Assembly (NCBI GenBank): GCA_030704615.1
Contig: CM060731.1
Coordinates: 4,650,001-4,714,000 of the forward strand
DNA length: 64,000 bases
Origin: Takakia lepidozioides
Lineage: Eukaryota; Plantae; Bryophyta
Direction: 5' to 3'
The notes under the pieces are model-generated. The model ran no database searches, had not been told where the DNA came from, and saw only the letters and a list, made by a program, of their open reading frames with translations. Both the position numbers and the translations under genes were made by a program. This document shows, in pieces, positions 62,017 through 64,000 of the stretch. Every line of letters starts with the position of its first letter. Position 1 is the first letter of the stretch.

Positions 62017-64000
62017 CACTAGAAGCATTCGTGTCTTTTCCGAATCGACTGCATGTCCACGACCACTCCGGGAACCACTTGGTAGTAAGCGGGACTACTG
62101 GAGAGTCGAAACAGACAATGTGGGCCCACGGGGGCATTTCAGACGGCGGACAGAAGTGGGGTCAACGACTCCGGAGTCGTAGCAGAATTCCGAGCTATTT
62201 AACGAATTGCGTAAATACATAAAATTTGAAAAAGCCAAAATTACAAGTGGTTGTAATTACTGCACATGCGACTACAAATTTTCTTTCCTAATTCGAGTTA
62301 ATGGAATAAATATATTTATTCATTAAAGTGAATATGTAGTCGACTCAACGACTCCATGAACCACTACGCATTCATTGCACCCGTGATTCGGCAGCACATT
62401 TGCTGACATGGCTTTCACAAAAAGATGTAAACAAAATGTGGCATTGGGGGAATAGATATTTTAATACGTGTTGCCTCCACCTGGCAGAGACAGAGATGCA
62501 AGTGCTGCGTCGGACATGGCGGGACGTGGGAATGCGAATCCTGACACGGCAAGGCCTTCGTATACTGTGAGCGCGCGTAGTGGTTTCTCAGAAGGGTGTG
62601 ACATCGGGGTCTTGGTCATTCAACATTTACAGAATGCGCTGGATGGAGGCACAATGGAGCGTGCATACGGGCATGCCCTTCTGGCATCAATTCCCAAGTA
62701 TCCACGCAAGGTGAGGTTGCTAAATTGGGTTTTTGCCCGTCTAGTTTTCTGACAGCATGCTCGAAACGTTCATAGTGCCATTGAGTGGCCTTGCAATAAT
62801 TTGATGAGTAGCTGCTTTTCCATTTCACAAGTTATGAAGAAGGCGTCACAGAAGAAGATCGCAAAGACGTCAAGGCTGAAGGATATGCCCTTTGGTTGTG
62901 AACTACAATCATATCATGCCAAACCCCATTTTCCCCACGCAGATGAGGGAGACATTCTACATTTGCGAGGAGTGGGACTTAATTCTTTGCTTTAGCTTGA
63001 AGGCAGTTGTGACACCAAAGAAACTGGAAACTACCTCCAAGAAAGTTGAAACTCGCAAGATAGTCATGTATTCGTCTCATTATCTCCAAACTGGGATTCC
63101 GAGTTATCAGCCGACCCTTTACATGTGCGCTGGATGGAGTATAATTCTGGTTTAGGCATTTCCTGCCACCAGATGTTCGCTTCTCCAATTTTTACATTTA
63201 AGGATGTGTCTGTGTTTATGGCACTCTTTCTCCCACGGAGGCCTGAGTACCCCCCTGTACTTGCAAGAATTTGATGTGTAGTTGTTTTTCCCTTTCATAA
63301 GTTATGAAGAAGCAGTCACAGAAGAAGATCGCAAAGAGGTCAAGGCTGAAGGCGTTCATTAAGGGTTAGGATTCTAAAATCATATCATGCCAAACCAGCT
63401 TTTCCTGATGCAGATGGTGTCATGAGACATTCTGCGATTTGCGCGTAGGTGGACTTAATTTCGATGTTGACTTAAAGGCAGTTGTGACACCAGAGAAACT
63501 GGAAACTACCTCCAAGAAAGTTGAAACTCGCAAGATAGTCGTGTATCAATCTCGTCATCTCCAACGATTCCGAGTTATCATCTGACCCTTTGGATTCGGA
63601 CTAGATGGAGTATAATTATGGGTTAGGCATGTCTTGCCACCACACATTGGCTTCTCAAATTTTTGCATTTAAGGAGGTCTCTGTGTTTATGGCACTCTTT
63701 CCCCCAATGAGGCTTGAGTACCCCTTTTACTTTCCCGCAATTTGATGTGTAGCTGCTTTTCCATTTCACAGGTTTTCGAGAAGGCGTCACAGAAAAAGAT
63801 CGCAAAGAGGTCAAGGCTGAAGGCGTTCATTAAGGTTGTGAACTACAACCATGTCATGCCAAACCAGCTTTTCCTGTCGCTGATGGTCTCATGAGACATT
63901 CTGCATTTGGGAGTAGGTGGACTTAATTTGGATGTTGACTTGAAGGCAGTTGTGACACTAGAGAAACTGGAACCTACCGCCAAAAAAGTTGAAACTTGCC
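62017..64000. mobile_element. Inverted right arm of the second CACTA element (runs off the window)
   Basis: CACTAGAAGCATTCGTGTC at 62017, preceded by TGC (reverse complement of TSD GCA), with CGACTC/GAGTCG subterminal repeats. Confidence 0.85.
62801..64000. repeat. Tandem repeat, ~470-bp unit, at least 2.5 copies
   Basis: Units begin TTGATG.GTAG.TG.TTTTCC.TTTCA at 62801, 63271 and 63742. Confidence 0.9.

Overview
Eukaryotic, transposon-dense DNA, most likely from a non-seed land plant. The clues are plant-type CCCTAAA telomere repeats, spliceosomal introns, a Tcn1-like chromovirus and a Penelope-like RT. I found no intact host gene. The highlight is a complete 12.4-kb DNA transposon (1042-13484) with CACTA termini and a perfect 3-bp TSD (TAG), which splits a LINE RT gene. 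It carries (i) a GCM-like/MULE-type DDE/SWIM transposase on the minus strand, (ii) a divergently transcribed, intron-containing gene that fuses a ParB/Srx-like domain to a beta-class N6A/N4C DNA methyltransferase-like domain, and (iii) about 15 copies of a 26-bp palindrome confined to non-coding DNA. Together these resemble a prokaryotic ParB-parS-methyltransferase module inside a plant transposon; this copy is mutationally decayed. Other content: a young Penelope-like element with apparently identical 1.9-kb direct repeats and no visible endonuclease, a hAT MITE, a piggyBac/Harbinger-like MITE, a 181-bp tandem array, a pogo-like remnant, and a chromovirus with a self-priming PBS and an extra 3' ORF. 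A second CACTA element carries three FCP1-like phosphatase domains, and its right arm and flanking LINE have been inverted. All domain calls are from motif recognition by eye; no database searches were run.
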